Origin: Porphyromonadaceae bacterium
Lineage (GTDB): Bacteria > Bacteroidota > Bacteroidia > Bacteroidales > UBA12481
Length of the DNA: 64,000 nt
Reading direction: 5' to 3'
NCBI GenBank assembly: GCA_007280905.1
Contig: QYQM01000061.1
Location: 15,952 to 79,951, forward strand
A model generated the notes under the pieces. It saw only the letters and a program-made list of their open reading frames with translations. It was not told where the DNA came from and searched no databases. Position numbers and translations under genes: made by a program. The first letter of the stretch is position 1. Each line of letters begins with the position of its first letter. Positions 27,520 to 37,403 of the stretch are shown in pieces.

Positions 27520-28578
27520 ATGAAACAATTAGGATGGGTGATTTCAATATGGCTGCTAATTAGTGGTGTAGCATCTGCACAAGTGAAATACTCCAATGAA
27601 TTTCTGTCAATCGGAGCCGGGGCACGTCTGATGGGAATGGGCGGCGCTGGTACCGCCATGGTCGATGATGTTACCGCCGGATACTGGAATCCATCCAGGT
27701 TGATCGATATTCCGGGTAAATTGGATTTTAGCCTGATGCATGCAGAATATTTTGCCGGACTGGCTAAATATGATTATGGCGGGGTTGCTTATAAACTCGA
27801 TCCTGGCAGTGCCATCGGTCTGTCTTTGATCCGCTTTGCTGTGGATGATATCCCAAATACACTCGAACTCATTGATCAGGACGGGAATATACGCTACGAT
27901 CGGATAACCAGCTTCTCTGCTGCAGATCTGGGAATTCTGGTCTCCTATGCTCGGAAGATGAAAATCACAGGGCTCCAGGCAGGAGCCAATGTCAAACTGG
28001 TCTATCGCCATACCGGGGAATTTGCAAAAGCCTGGGGTTTTGGAATCGATGCAGCTGTTAGCTATTCGCTTGCTAACTGGCGTCTGTCGGCCGTTGCCCG
28101 CGATATTACAGGCACATTCAATGCCTGGAGTTTTAAAAAGGATATACTGGCCCAGGCATTCGAGCTCACTGGCAATGAGCTTCCTGTCAATAGCCTGGAG
28201 GTAACTATACCCCGGCTGATTCTGGCTGCTTCACGTGATTTCAGAATAAATGATCAACTCAGGGTTGCAGTTGCGTTCGATACCCATTTTACATTTGATG
28301 GACGGCGTCATGTTATCCTGCCTCTTGGCCCGATCGGAATTGATCCTTATGTCGGAGGCGAACTACGGTTTTCAACCTGGCTATTTGCCCGGGTTGGGGT
28401 AGGGAACTTTCAGCTGGTGCCAGGGATGAACGGTAAAAATAACCTGAATCTGCAACCCAACCTCGGAGTTGGAATCCAATACCGTAATATTTATATCGAT
28501 TATGCCCTTACAGATATAGGTGACCTTTCAATCGCCCAGTATTCTAACCTGATCTCACTACGCTATGTGATTAAATAA
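27520..28578 (+). CDS. PorV/PorQ-family T9SS outer-membrane beta-barrel
   Basis: Signal peptide, KYSNEFLSIGAGAR..GMG, GYWNP, IDYALTD, C-terminal aromatic strand. Confidence 0.82.
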   Translation: MKQLGWVISIWLLISGVASAQVKYSNEFLSIGAGARLMGMGGAGTAMVDDVTAGYWNPSRLIDIPGKLDFSLMHAEYFAGLAKYDYGGVAYKLDPGSAIGLSLIRFAVDDIPNTLELIDQDGNIRYDRITSFSAADLGILVSYARKMKITGLQAGANVKLVYRHTGEFAKAWGFGIDAAVSYSLANWRLSAVARDITGTFNAWSFKKDILAQAFELTGNELPVNSLEVTIPRLILAASRDFRINDQLRVAVAFDTHFTFDGRRHVILPLGPIGIDPYVGGELRFSTWLFARVGVGNFQLVPGMNGKNNLNLQPNLGVGIQYRNIYIDYALTDIGDLSIAQYSNLISLRYVIK

Positions 28579-28606
28579 AAAAAGCCCGGTCATCCGGGCT
28601 TTTTTT
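28577..28606. terminator. Bidirectional intrinsic terminator
   Basis: AAAAAAAGCCCGG TCAT CCGGGCTTTTTTT between convergent genes. Confidence 0.9.
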
Positions 28607-28624
28607 ATTAGACATAAATCTAAC

Positions 28625-28918
28625 TTATTTCTTTTTCTCTTCCATTTTCATGCCTTCGCCTTTGCAAGCGGCAGCTTCTTGGGAGGTAGCTGCGCAACCT
28701 GCTTTCATTTCACCTTTACCAGCTTCGCAGCATGATGCTGTAGCTTCGCTTTTTCCAGCTTTAGCTTTGGCTTTGGTTGCTTTCTTATCTTTTTTGTCTT
28801 TGTCAACAGCTACAATTTTTGCAGCCGTATCCTTCTGCATGGTAAGAGCCGGAGCAGCGTAAACACCTACAAAAACCAATAACGAGAGAATCACCAACAA
28901 TTTTTTCATTTTTTTCAT
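28625..28918 (-). CDS. Small secreted Lys/Ala-rich protein with 4 Cys
   Basis: MKKLLVILSLLVFVGVYA signal peptide; low-complexity body with SCC..GC..AC. Confidence 0.72.
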   Translation of the reverse strand: MKKMKKLLVILSLLVFVGVYAAPALTMQKDTAAKIVAVDKDKKDKKATKAKAKAGKSEATASCCEAGKGEMKAGCAATSQEAAACKGEGMKMEEKKK

Positions 28919-29011
28919 TTTTAATAATGTGGTACGAAGATAACGTTCTTTTTGTCTAATCAGTTGTTAAAGAAAAGTTAAACAACTAAGTATTATAACA
29001 TTTTTAACACT

Positions 29012-29674
29012 TCAATGCCACTCAGCCACCTCAGTTATCCTTCCAACGGTTTTATCCCCTGGTTTAACAAGCACTTTCGTGCCTCTCGGAAGAAACAGAT
29101 CCACCCTTGACCCAAACTTGATGAATCCGAGTTCTTCACCCTGCAAAACAGTTTTCCCTGGTGGAGGGTAGGTGATAACTCTTCTTGCCATAATTCCGGC
29201 GATCTGCCTCATCATTATTTGTTTGCCTTTTGAATCCTCAATAATTACCGTGCTCCGTTCATTCCGGTCGGATGATTTCGGATGACGGGCGAAAAGATGC
29301 CTGCCAGGATTGTAACGCTGATAACGAACAAAACCCGACAATGGTATCCAGTTAATATGCACATTGTTGCTCGACATGAATATCGACACCCGCGTGCGGT
29401 AATCTTCGAAAAACTCTCCTACAAATAATTCATCCACTGAAATAATCGTGCCATCTGCAGGGGCAATAACCGTCGATCCTGATGTAGGCAAAGGCCTTTC
29501 GGGTTTACGGAAGAACCAGCCAACGAAGCAGATAATCAACAGGGAAAGGAATAATACCAAGTAGAAAAGAAATCCCGGACCAAGACCGATATATGTCAAT
29601 AAATTGAGAAGTACCAGGATTATGCCGATACCCGACAATGTTTTAATGCCTTCCCGATGAATACGTATCTTCAT
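29012..29674 (-). CDS. psd: Phosphatidylserine decarboxylase proenzyme
   Basis: FFRKPER, APADG, SIFMS..NVH, RNER, QIAG..ARR, IKFGSRVDLFLP cleavage site. Confidence 0.94.
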   Translation of the reverse strand: MKIRIHREGIKTLSGIGIILVLLNLLTYIGLGPGFLFYLVLFLSLLIICFVGWFFRKPERPLPTSGSTVIAPADGTIISVDELFVGEFFEDYRTRVSIFMSSNNVHINWIPLSGFVRYQRYNPGRHLFARHPKSSDRNERSTVIIEDSKGKQIMMRQIAGIMARRVITYPPPGKTVLQGEELGFIKFGSRVDLFLPRGTKVLVKPGDKTVGRITEVAEWH

Positions 29675-30486
29675 GTTAATAAAGTTATGGTTAGGTACGC
29701 CGCAGGAGCTGCAAATATAAGACTATCAAAACGATCCAGTATACCTCCGTGTCCCGGCATCAGCTTACCCGAATCTTTAACATCTGCTGCGCGTTTCCAG
29801 CTGGATTCAACCAGATCGCCAAAGGTCCCTGTGATTACAATTACCGGGCACAAAATCCACAGGTGCCATAAAGGAATATCCGGGAATAATGGACGGCTCA
29901 GCCAGGTAATCAGTAATGCCATCAATAATCCACCGGCTAAACCTTCCCATGACTTCTTAGGTGAGATACGCGGAAACATCTTGTGCTTGCCGATCAGCTT
30001 ACCGGTAATATAAGCCCCGGTATCATTTAGCCAAAGAATCAGGAAAAGGAAAAGAACTACCTGGTAGTCAAATCCTTCATGGTAAGGATGATAGACAAGG
30101 AGATTGAAAACACTGAACGGAAGACTGACATACACAATACCAAGAAACGTGAGCGAAGCGGATAGTAAAGGTTGATCCTTCTGCCGGAACATCGGCAGAA
30201 TCATGAGAACCAGACCCGAAGCCGGTATCAGAAGAAGAATCCGGCTATCCAACCCGGTGTACCTGATCAGAAAGAATGTGAGAAACAGGATTACCCCGGT
30301 CGTTATTCCGGGAACCACCATAGGACGGGATTCGGGAATCGAACAAATACGGTAAAACTCGATCATGCCAAGAATCAGGATAAAAAGAAAAACAGCCAGA
30401 AAAATCAACGGATGCAACGTGATCGATCCGATCATTACTGCTGCATAAATCAGCCCCGAAACTGTGCGTGTCAGGAATTCTTTCAA
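29671..30486 (-). CDS. cdsA: Phosphatidate cytidylyltransferase
   Basis: NDTGAY, ISPKKSWEG, GDLVES..KR...VKDSG..MPGHGGILDRFDS. Confidence 0.95.
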   Translation of the reverse strand: MKEFLTRTVSGLIYAAVMIGSITLHPLIFLAVFLFILILGMIEFYRICSIPESRPMVVPGITTGVILFLTFFLIRYTGLDSRILLLIPASGLVLMILPMFRQKDQPLLSASLTFLGIVYVSLPFSVFNLLVYHPYHEGFDYQVVLFLFLILWLNDTGAYITGKLIGKHKMFPRISPKKSWEGLAGGLLMALLITWLSRPLFPDIPLWHLWILCPVIVITGTFGDLVESSWKRAADVKDSGKLMPGHGGILDRFDSLIFAAPAAYLTITLLT

Positions 30487-30488
30487 AA

Positions 30489-31139
30489 CTATTTGTCATT
30501 TAATAAAAACACGTAAAGGTCACGTGGTCCATGCGCCCCTAAAACCAAGGTTTTTTCAATATCCGCTGTCCGGCTTGGGCCTGTGATAAGCGAAACCTGT
30601 GAAGGCATCTCGCTGTATTTACCTTTGATGCCTGATAATGCATCACCAATTTCATTAACAAGCTGGGTGGTTCTGCCAATAACAATATGCACCGGAGCGT
30701 GTCCGAATACCCTGCGGCCAGAACCTTGTGCTGAAGAAACCAGGATGCTCCCCGTTCGGGCAATAAGGAATTCACATCCGGTAATTGCCGCTTCAGCTTC
30801 TTTAACGGATTCCTGGTCAAATGAATAGGGAATGCCGGTGCGATCAATCAACTCACGGATAGAAGGCTCAATACAGAAAATTTTTTCCCATTGCTCTTCA
30901 TGGTATAATATCCTCAACGCAAGAACCAACTCTTTTTGGTTTGGACAATAAACAAATTTGCCCTTAACCTGAACGAGGTTACGGGCAAATTCCATATCCG
31001 GAAGATCTTCAATATCATTCAGATACTGCGATGAATCATGCCTGAACTTTGGAAAAGAAGTTTTGACCCTATCCTCCTGACTGTTACGAACAGCTTTGAT
31101 TTTATCAAGGATCATCCTCCTGGGGTCTCTTACTTCCAT
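30489..31139 (-). CDS. LUD domain (LutC/YkgG family) protein
   Basis: ITGCEFLIARTGS, PVHIV, LITGPSRTADIEKTLVLGAHGP. Confidence 0.9.
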   Translation of the reverse strand: MEVRDPRRMILDKIKAVRNSQEDRVKTSFPKFRHDSSQYLNDIEDLPDMEFARNLVQVKGKFVYCPNQKELVLALRILYHEEQWEKIFCIEPSIRELIDRTGIPYSFDQESVKEAEAAITGCEFLIARTGSILVSSAQGSGRRVFGHAPVHIVIGRTTQLVNEIGDALSGIKGKYSEMPSQVSLITGPSRTADIEKTLVLGAHGPRDLYVFLLNDK

Positions 31140-31145
31140 TCTTTA

Positions 31146-33143
31146 CTATATATGGATTTTGGCATCGAGCATTTCCGGCTTATGTCCTTTACGCGGACCA
31201 AAAACCCGTTCCAGGTCATCAGCGAACAAAACTTCCTTTTCAAGAAGCATCTCGGAAATTTCTTTGTGTCCTTCGCTATATTTCTGTAGAATTCGCTTAG
31301 CTCGTTCATAGCCTTCATCAATGATCTTCTTGGCCTCCGCGTCGATCATTTCTGCCGTCTTTTCACTGTAAGGTTTATTGAATGCATATTCTGCCTGTCC
31401 CGATGAATCATAATAGCTGACTTTACCAATTTTGTCACTCATGCCGAAAAAGGTAACCATGGCATAAGCTTGTTTGGTAACACGTTCCAGATCGTTCAAT
31501 GCACCGGTTGAAACTTTGCCAAAGCAGAGCTCTTCAGCAGCCCTTCCGGCTAATGCGGATGCAATCTCATCAAGAAGCTGTTCTGTGGTAGTCAATTGAC
31601 GCTCTTCGGGCAGGTACCAGGCAGCTCCAAGAGCCTTCCCGCGCGGAACGATGGTAACTTTAACAAGGGGATGAGCATATTCGAGCAACCAGCTAACGGT
31701 AGCATGACCGGCTTCATGATAAGCAACTGCCCGTTTCTCATCAACCGAAATAATCTTGTTTTTCTTTTCCAACCCTCCGATAATCCGGTCAACAGCATCC
31801 AGAAAATCCTGTTTTTCAACCATTTTCTTTTCGCGTCGTGCAGCGATCAATGCCGACTCGTTGCAAACGTTTGCTATATCAGCCCCACTGAAACCCGGGG
31901 TTTGCTTAGCAAAAAAATCAACATCCAATTCCGGATCATATTTAACATTCCGCAAGTGAACCTGGAAGATTTCTCTCCGCTCATTCAGATCGGGCAACTC
32001 AACATGTATCTGTCTATCGAAACGGCCGGCTCGTAATAATGCCTTATCGAGAATATCAGCCCGGTTTGTGGCTGCCAGTAAGATCACCCCTGAGTTGGAT
32101 GCGAATCCATCCATCTCCGTGAGGAGCTGATTCAGCGTGTTTTCACGTTCATCATTGGATCCGAAATTTGCATTCCTGCCTCTAGCCCGGCCAATGGCAT
32201 CGATCTCATCGATAAAAACAATACACGGAGCCTTTTCTTTGGCCTGCTTGAACAGGTCCCGCACGCGGGAAGCACCAACCCCAACAAACATCTCTACAAA
32301 ATCGGATCCCGACATGGAGAAGAAAGGAACGTTGGCTTCGCCAGCTACGGCCTTGGCCAATAAGGTTTTACCAGTTCCTGGAGGGCCAACCAATAAAGCC
32401 CCTTTCGGAATTTTACCACCTAATTGGGTATATTTCAATGGAGTCTTCAGAAAGTCAACGATTTCCATGATTTCAACCTTGGCCTCAGCCAACCCGGCAA
32501 CATCTTTAAAAGAGACGTTTATATTATCTTCTTCTTTGTTAAATATCTTAGCTTTGCTTTTACCAACACTGAAAATTGAACCGCCTCCGCCACCGCCTCC
32601 GCCACCACTCATCCTCCTGAACATGAAGAGATAAAAACCGATAAGAAGGGCAAAAGGTATAACCCAGCTTAATACCTGCATCAATACATCCGTTCGCTTT
32701 TCGGCAGAATATTCCATGCGCTGATCTGCAGGAAGTGCAGCGTTTAACTCTTCAAGCCTTTTATCGAAAATCTCGATGGAGCTGATTTGAAAGTAAAACT
32801 GAGGGCCACGCTCGGAAATAGTACCAAGCCGGCTTTTAAACATCTTCTGAAATCTCGGATCGCTTAAACGATCTGGTTTGATGTATATCTCAACTGATTC
32901 GTTGTTAATGACAACCAGTTTCTCAACATCTCCGGTTTTCAGCATTTCCTCCCGGAACTGTTTCCAATCAGTTTTTTGCGGTTTACTGCCTTTATTCAAA
33001 GTAGCGATGGCAAAAATGCCAAGCACTATTATTGCGTAAACCCACATAATGTTGAACTTCGGCTTCTTCTTCATCAGATCACCGGGCTTTCCTTTTGGAC
33101 CTAGTAAAGGCCGCTGTTTACTTGTATTATTGTCGTCTGCCAT
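31146..33143 (-). CDS. ftsH: ATP-dependent zinc metalloprotease FtsH
   Basis: Two TM helices, [30 protein letters not shown]; likely start MADDN at 33143. Confidence 0.97.
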   Translation of the reverse strand: MADDNNTSKQRPLLGPKGKPGDLMKKKPKFNIMWVYAIIVLGIFAIATLNKGSKPQKTDWKQFREEMLKTGDVEKLVVINNESVEIYIKPDRLSDPRFQKMFKSRLGTISERGPQFYFQISSIEIFDKRLEELNAALPADQRMEYSAEKRTDVLMQVLSWVIPFALLIGFYLFMFRRMSGGGGGGGGGSIFSVGKSKAKIFNKEEDNINVSFKDVAGLAEAKVEIMEIVDFLKTPLKYTQLGGKIPKGALLVGPPGTGKTLLAKAVAGEANVPFFSMSGSDFVEMFVGVGASRVRDLFKQAKEKAPCIVFIDEIDAIGRARGRNANFGSNDERENTLNQLLTEMDGFASNSGVILLAATNRADILDKALLRAGRFDRQIHVELPDLNERREIFQVHLRNVKYDPELDVDFFAKQTPGFSGADIANVCNESALIAARREKKMVEKQDFLDAVDRIIGGLEKKNKIISVDEKRAVAYHEAGHATVSWLLEYAHPLVKVTIVPRGKALGAAWYLPEERQLTTTEQLLDEIASALAGRAAEELCFGKVSTGALNDLERVTKQAYAMVTFFGMSDKIGKVSYYDSSGQAEYAFNKPYSEKTAEMIDAEAKKIIDEGYERAKRILQKYSEGHKEISEMLLEKEVLFADDLERVFGPRKGHKPEMLDAKIHI

Positions 33144-33227
33144 TTTTTCAGTATACTTTCCAGGTAATGATAAATAGTAATAAAGAATAAGACTCTCCAA
33201 TTATTATACCATCAACGGAAATTGGTT

Positions 33228-33599
33228 TCATGATGCGAAATCTGTCCGGTGCCCATCTGCCCAGAGTTCCTCAAGATTATAAAAATCCCGGAAAGGCTTC
33301 TGGAATATATGCGCAATAACATCACCATAATCGAGTAAAATCCATTGTGAATTATCATAGCCCTCCCGGTGGTAAGGTTTGCGTCTGGCCTTGTCTTTTA
33401 CCTGCTCTTCAATTGCCTCAGCAATAGATTTTGCCTGAACGGTTGATCCCGCATGGGCAATCAGGAAACTCCTGCTGATGGTTGTGTTCAGATGGGTCAG
33501 ATCTAAAAATGTAATCGCTTCCCCTTTCTTAGAACGTATCGCTTCAATGATAATCTCCAATAACTCATTATACCCTGCATCGTCAAGTTTCTTCTTCAT
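33228..33599 (-). CDS. rsfS: Ribosome silencing factor
   Basis: KKGE.I..LDL, EG....WILLDYGDVIAHIF....R.FYNLEELW. Confidence 0.94.
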   Translation of the reverse strand: MKKKLDDAGYNELLEIIIEAIRSKKGEAITFLDLTHLNTTISRSFLIAHAGSTVQAKSIAEAIEEQVKDKARRKPYHREGYDNSQWILLDYGDVIAHIFQKPFRDFYNLEELWADGHRTDFAS

Positions 33600-33706
33600 A
33601 TTTTCCCTTTACCTTAGTTCTGCCTAAGCTCCTATACCCTTAGGTCCCTGTGTCACTAACCCCTTTTTTTTTATTTTTGGTAAATTTAGTTAGAAATTGA
33701 GCTTCC

Positions 33707-34450
33707 ATGCAACAACCAGCAAAGTATTTTCATAAAAGGCTGAATTCTACAAATTTATATGCCAGCCTGATGTTGCCGAAACTGCCATCAAGGGAACCTT
33801 TCTGGGTTCGTACCGATGATCAGTTTGCCGGCAGAGGACAGGGGAACCGCACCTGGATCAGCGAACCTGGCCAGAACCTCACCGGTACACTGGCTATTTT
33901 CCCTCATCAATTCGAGGTATCCCTACAATTCGACCTGTCAAAAACCTTTGCGCTCGCAGCTTCCGGTTTTCTTGAACTCTTTATTGATGAAATCCGGATT
34001 AAATGGCCAAATGACCTCTATGCAGGAGATCGAAAAATCGGAGGAATTCTGATCGAAACGGCTATTCTTGGAAAATTTATCGATCATGCCATATTAGGTA
34101 TCGGGATAAATATCAATCAGGTGAAATTTCCCGAAGATATTCCCAATCCGATATCAATCAGTATGTTAACCGGATTAAAGTATGATATGGCTGAGATGGA
34201 AAACCTCTTCCTCGAATCATTTCTGAATAGATATTATCTGATTGAGTCCGGTAATTTCGAACAAATTAATAATCAGTATATTAATAAGTTATATCGATTC
34301 GACGAATTCGTCCATTTCAAAACCGCCAATAAAGTCTTTATTGCTAAAATAATCGGAGTCACTGAATTCGGCCATCTAATCCTCCAAACCAACTCCGGAA
34401 CCATCCAATCCTATGCCTACCAGGAAGTTGAATATATCCTCCCGTCTTAA
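33707..34450 (+). CDS. birA: Biotin--[acetyl-CoA-carboxylase] ligase (no HTH)
   Basis: STN, Q.AGRGQ..R.W, KWPND, KIGGILIE, GIGIN. Confidence 0.93.
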   Translation: MQQPAKYFHKRLNSTNLYASLMLPKLPSREPFWVRTDDQFAGRGQGNRTWISEPGQNLTGTLAIFPHQFEVSLQFDLSKTFALAASGFLELFIDEIRIKWPNDLYAGDRKIGGILIETAILGKFIDHAILGIGININQVKFPEDIPNPISISMLTGLKYDMAEMENLFLESFLNRYYLIESGNFEQINNQYINKLYRFDEFVHFKTANKVFIAKIIGVTEFGHLILQTNSGTIQSYAYQEVEYILPS

Positions 34451-34472
34451 AGTCTTAAAGTCTTAAAGTCTT
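34444..34472. repeat. Perfect 8-mer tandem repeat (GTCTTAAA)x3.6 between convergent birA and pyrE
   Basis: GTCTTAAA GTCTTAAA GTCTTAAA GTCTT; the first unit contains the birA stop codon. Confidence 0.9.
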
Positions 34473-34478
34473 CTTGTC

Positions 34479-35111
34479 TCATCTCCCCCACGTTTCAGGC
34501 TCTTCTCTCCACTTTCTCAGTAATTCCTCTTGTTGCGGTAAAATGTCTCCCGTTTGAAGTGCAAGCTCCAGGAGACTGCCATAATTGCTGAGTGTGTCGA
34601 GCGGGCAACCTGCCAACCTGAAATTTTCCGCCGATACCGAAAAGCCATATGTGAAAATGGCCAGCATGCCTCGTATGTCAAGACCGGCTGAGCGCAGAGC
34701 TTTGAAAGCGGCAAGACTGCTGCCACCCGTGGAAATCAGATCTTCGATGATGACTGTTTTCATACCTGCGGTGAAATCTCCTTCTATCTGATTGCCCAAA
34801 CCGTGACCTTTTGCCTCCGGTCGCACATAAATAAACGGTAAATTCATCGCTTCGGCCACGAGTATCCCATGCGCGATGGCCCCGGTCGCAACTCCGGCAA
34901 TCAATTCTGCATCAGGATAATACTGACGGATGCGCATCACGAATTCATCCCTGATTGTTTTTCGCACCAAAGGATATGACAAGGTTTTACGATTATCGCA
35001 ATATATTGGTGATTTCCAACCCGAAGCCCAGGTAAACGGACTTGCCGGAGACAGCTTTATTGCTTTAATTTGCAATAAAAGCGATGCGATCATCTTTTCT
35101 GTGTCCATCAT
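34479..35111 (-). CDS. pyrE: Orotate phosphoribosyltransferase
   Basis: FTWASGWKSPIYCDNR, IEDLISTGGS PRPP loop. Confidence 0.96.
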   Translation of the reverse strand: MMDTEKMIASLLLQIKAIKLSPASPFTWASGWKSPIYCDNRKTLSYPLVRKTIRDEFVMRIRQYYPDAELIAGVATGAIAHGILVAEAMNLPFIYVRPEAKGHGLGNQIEGDFTAGMKTVIIEDLISTGGSSLAAFKALRSAGLDIRGMLAIFTYGFSVSAENFRLAGCPLDTLSNYGSLLELALQTGDILPQQEELLRKWREEPETWGR

Positions 35112-35742
35112 GATTCAAAGGTATAAAGTTTTTTTCAACGACTGCCTCCTGTCGATTTCCACCGCTGATCTGGCATTATGCGGGGTTTGCAGGGAAATGA
35201 TAGCAGATCTGGACCGAAAGTCCGTTGGGGAAATGATTACTCAGTTTGAATCTTCAGGCATTCATAGTTACTGTGTTTGTTATGAGGATCCGGAAGCCTT
35301 CTTCACCATGTTTACCGGCTTCTATCAGATTATTGAGGCCGCCGGCGGCATCGTGCGACACCCATCCGGAAAATATCTGTTTATCAAAAGATTCGGGAAA
35401 TGGGATCTCCCCAAGGGAAAGATTGAAAAGGGCGAATCCCCGGAACTCGCCGCTCTTCGTGAAGTTAGGGAAGAATGCGGAATCGCAAAACTGAAAATTA
35501 TGAGTGAGCTTCCGTCAACCTATCATACCTATGAACTGGAAGGCAACAGGATATTGAAAAAAACCTGGTGGTTTGCCATGGATTATAACGATGGCCTCGT
35601 CACTAAACCGCAAACTGAGGAAGGCATCACGGAAGCAACCTGGCTCGTTCCGTCACAATTTGATATGGTACTCGGAAACACATATAGATCTATTGCTGAG
35701 CTAATTGGAGAGGTTTCCTGGAATACCGGCGAGACCGCATAG
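35110..35742 (+). CDS. NUDIX hydrolase
   Basis: AAGG, WDLPKGKIEKGE.....ALREVREECG Nudix box; likely start MIQRYKVFFND at 35110 rather than 34930. Confidence 0.88.
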   Translation: MIQRYKVFFNDCLLSISTADLALCGVCREMIADLDRKSVGEMITQFESSGIHSYCVCYEDPEAFFTMFTGFYQIIEAAGGIVRHPSGKYLFIKRFGKWDLPKGKIEKGESPELAALREVREECGIAKLKIMSELPSTYHTYELEGNRILKKTWWFAMDYNDGLVTKPQTEEGITEATWLVPSQFDMVLGNTYRSIAELIGEVSWNTGETA

Positions 35743-35744
35743 AA

Positions 35745-36209
35745 TTAATCGTCAATGACCATTTTGTCAGGAAGGAACTGACTGGCATCCCCGCCATATT
35801 TAAGGATCTCACGGATAATGGTTGAATTGACCGGGGTAAATTCCGGGACCGCCAAAATGAAAACTGTCTCCACCTCAGGATTCATCATCCGGTTTATCTG
35901 GGCAATCGCCCGCTCATACTCAAAATCTGCAGCCGTTCGTAATCCCCTTAAAAGATATTGCGCCCCGATCTTTTTGCAGTAATCTACTGTCAAACCCTCA
36001 TAATAATCCAAGACTATCTTTGGTTCTCCCTGATAAAGCTTCCCAATCATTTTCAACCGCTGGTCCAGCGTAAAGAAACTCTTCTTCTCCGTATTGTGGC
36101 CAATCGCGATAAAAATCTTGTCAAACAAGGGTAACGCCCTGCTGATCACATTCTCATGGCCTTTCGTAAACGGATCAAAAGATCCCGGGAAGACTGCAAT
36201 TTTTTGCAT
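35745..36209 (-). CDS. coaD: Phosphopantetheine adenylyltransferase
   Basis: FPGSFDPFTKGH, LRGLRTAADFEYE. Confidence 0.96.
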   Translation of the reverse strand: MQKIAVFPGSFDPFTKGHENVISRALPLFDKIFIAIGHNTEKKSFFTLDQRLKMIGKLYQGEPKIVLDYYEGLTVDYCKKIGAQYLLRGLRTAADFEYERAIAQINRMMNPEVETVFILAVPEFTPVNSTIIREILKYGGDASQFLPDKMVIDD

Positions 36210-36251
36210 AACCGACGAGTTATTTATACAAAAGTAGCAAACCGAAAGCGC

Positions 36252-37403
36252 TCACGCAAACACTCTCACATCTTCCCCAGTAATTGACTGTCCTCCGAGA
36301 ATAATCAGTCGCTCAATCACATTCCTGAACTCCCGGATGTTGCCGGTCCAGGGAAGTTTCTTGAGCTCTTCAATGGCTTCAGCATCAATGCTTTTTGGGG
36401 GCATTCCCATCTCTGAGCATATTTTTTCTATAAAATGAGTTGCCAGTGGAGGGATGTCATCTGTCCGTTCTTTAAGTGCCGGAACAGGGATAATGATTAC
36501 TCCCAAACGATGGTATAAATCTTCCCTGAAACGGTTTTCTGCGATCTCTTCTTTCAGATTTTTGTTGGTGGCGGCAATCACCCGGACATCCACTGCTATG
36601 TCCTTATCTCCTCCAACCCGCGTAATCCGGCCCTCCTGTAATGCCCTGAGAACCTTAGCCTGAGCTGAAAGGCTCATATCGCCTATCTCATCGAGGAAGA
36701 GAGTTCCTTTATCGGCCAGTTCAAATTTTCCTTTCCGTTGCTTGATTGCAGAGGTAAAAGATCCTTTTTCATGACCAAATAGTTCACTCTCAATTAATTC
36801 TGATGGGATTGCCGCACAATTGACTTCCACAAACTGTCCGCCAGTGCGGTTGCTCTGCTCATGAAGCTGACGAGCTACCAATTCTTTCCCCGTACCATTG
36901 GAGCCGGTGATCAGAACTCGAGCATCAGTCGGTGCCACGCGGTCAATCATCTCCCGGATCTTTTGCATGGGACCGGATTCCCCGATCATTTCATAATTCC
37001 GGGCGACCTTCTTTTTCAGCGTCCGGGTCTCACTGATCAGGGTGGTTTTATCCATGGCATTCCGGATCGTGATCAGCAACCTATTCAGATCCAGCGGTTT
37101 TTCGATGAAGTCGTAGGCGCCTTTCTTGATGGCTTCAACGGCAGCATCTACCGTGCCATGGCCGGAAATCATGATGACCTGAACATCTCCGGTGATCTGG
37201 AATATCTTCTCCACCACCTCGAGACCATCCATCTTGGGCATCTTGATATCGCAGAGAACAATATCATAATGATTCTCCTTGATCATACCCAATCCGATCA
37301 CACCATCCTCAGCCAGGTCTATCTGATGGTTTTCATACTCCAGTACCTCCTTAAGGGTATTCCGGATACTTCGCTCATCATCAATTACTAATATCGCCGC
37401 CAT
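36252..37403 (-). CDS. Sigma-54-interacting response regulator (NtrX/NtrC-like, no C-terminal HTH)
   Basis: REC domain (DDE, DIKMP), GSNGTGKE, ELFGHEKGSFTSA, FLDEIGD, WTGNIRE. Confidence 0.92.
   Translation of the reverse strand: MAAILVIDDERSIRNTLKEVLEYENHQIDLAEDGVIGLGMIKENHYDIVLCDIKMPKMDGLEVVEKIFQITGDVQVIMISGHGTVDAAVEAIKKGAYDFIEKPLDLNRLLITIRNAMDKTTLISETRTLKKKVARNYEMIGESGPMQKIREMIDRVAPTDARVLITGSNGTGKELVARQLHEQSNRTGGQFVEVNCAAIPSELIESELFGHEKGSFTSAIKQRKGKFELADKGTLFLDEIGDMSLSAQAKVLRALQEGRITRVGGDKDIAVDVRVIAATNKNLKEEIAENRFREDLYHRLGVIIIPVPALKERTDDIPPLATHFIEKICSEMGMPPKSIDAEAIEELKKLPWTGNIREFRNVIERLIILGGQSITGEDVRVFA

Noticed and set aside
32581-32607. GGC/GGA/GGT run in ftsH
   Set aside because: Ordinary poly-Gly linker after the second TM helix
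10683-34472. Repeat tracts as a CRISPR array
   Set aside because: Units are 7-9 bp with no unique spacers, and no cas genes are present
34930-35109. 60-codon N-terminal extension of the NUDIX ORF overlapping pyrE
   Set aside because: Open frame antisense to pyrE; the plausible start is the ATG at 35110
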